Of a DNA stretch of 64,000 nt, positions 63,924 through 64,000 are shown in pieces (the first letter of the stretch is position 1; each line of letters begins with the position of its first letter). The translations under genes were made by a program, and so were the position numbers. Origin of the DNA: Lepidodermella squamata (Eukaryota > Animalia > Gastrotricha); contig JBLDXI010000001.1 in the NCBI GenBank assembly GCA_047495785.1, positions 2,666,001 to 2,730,000 of the forward strand. The letters run 5' to 3'. The notes below the pieces were generated by a model. It searched no databases, was not told the DNA's origin, and saw nothing but the letters and a program-made list of their open reading frames with translations.

Positions 63924-64000
63924 TTAATAACGCTCAAGCCGGTCTTCAGGCTCTTCGTAGGCCACATTGAATTGTTGCAGCCGTTTCAAGTGCTCGTAGT
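63924..64000 (-). CDS. 3' end of an unidentified convergent gene (truncated by window edge)
   Basis: Open frame ...YEHLKRLQQFNVAYEEPEDRLERY*, followed by a minus-strand AATAAA (tttatt at 63886). Confidence 0.5.
   Translation of the reverse strand, partial: YEHLKRLQQFNVAYEEPEDRLERY

Overview
Eukaryotic (metazoan) genomic DNA from a gene-dense genome with mostly 45-60 nt GT-AG introns; the species cannot be named from the sequence. Family calls are by-eye motif comparisons with remembered reference proteins, not database searches. Gene order: decayed LINE carrying a nested tRNA-derived SINE; TMEM70/186/223-family gene; laminin beta; NUP85; TMEM104 (introns full of transposon relics); a ~22 kb tandem array of ten apparently intact SLC49A4/DIRC2-like MFS transporters interrupted by a lipid phosphate phosphatase; SNRPC (-); RBM7; ABCB8; an SLC25A29/45/48-type carrier; a four-PDZ NHERF/PDZK1-like scaffold (-); an orphan gene (-); TANGO2; MRPL37; and the 3' end of a convergent gene. 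The most notable system is the SLC49 array. All ten copies have replaced the TM1 Trp that binds substrate in FLVCR-type transporters (with S, Y or F), the two sub-clusters share no intron position, sorting signals differ between tails, and GATA motifs cluster upstream. Also present: operon-like gene spacing, four MITE/foldback elements (three with target-site duplications), and a laminin beta with a reduced Lbeta knob and a 42-aa C-terminal extension.
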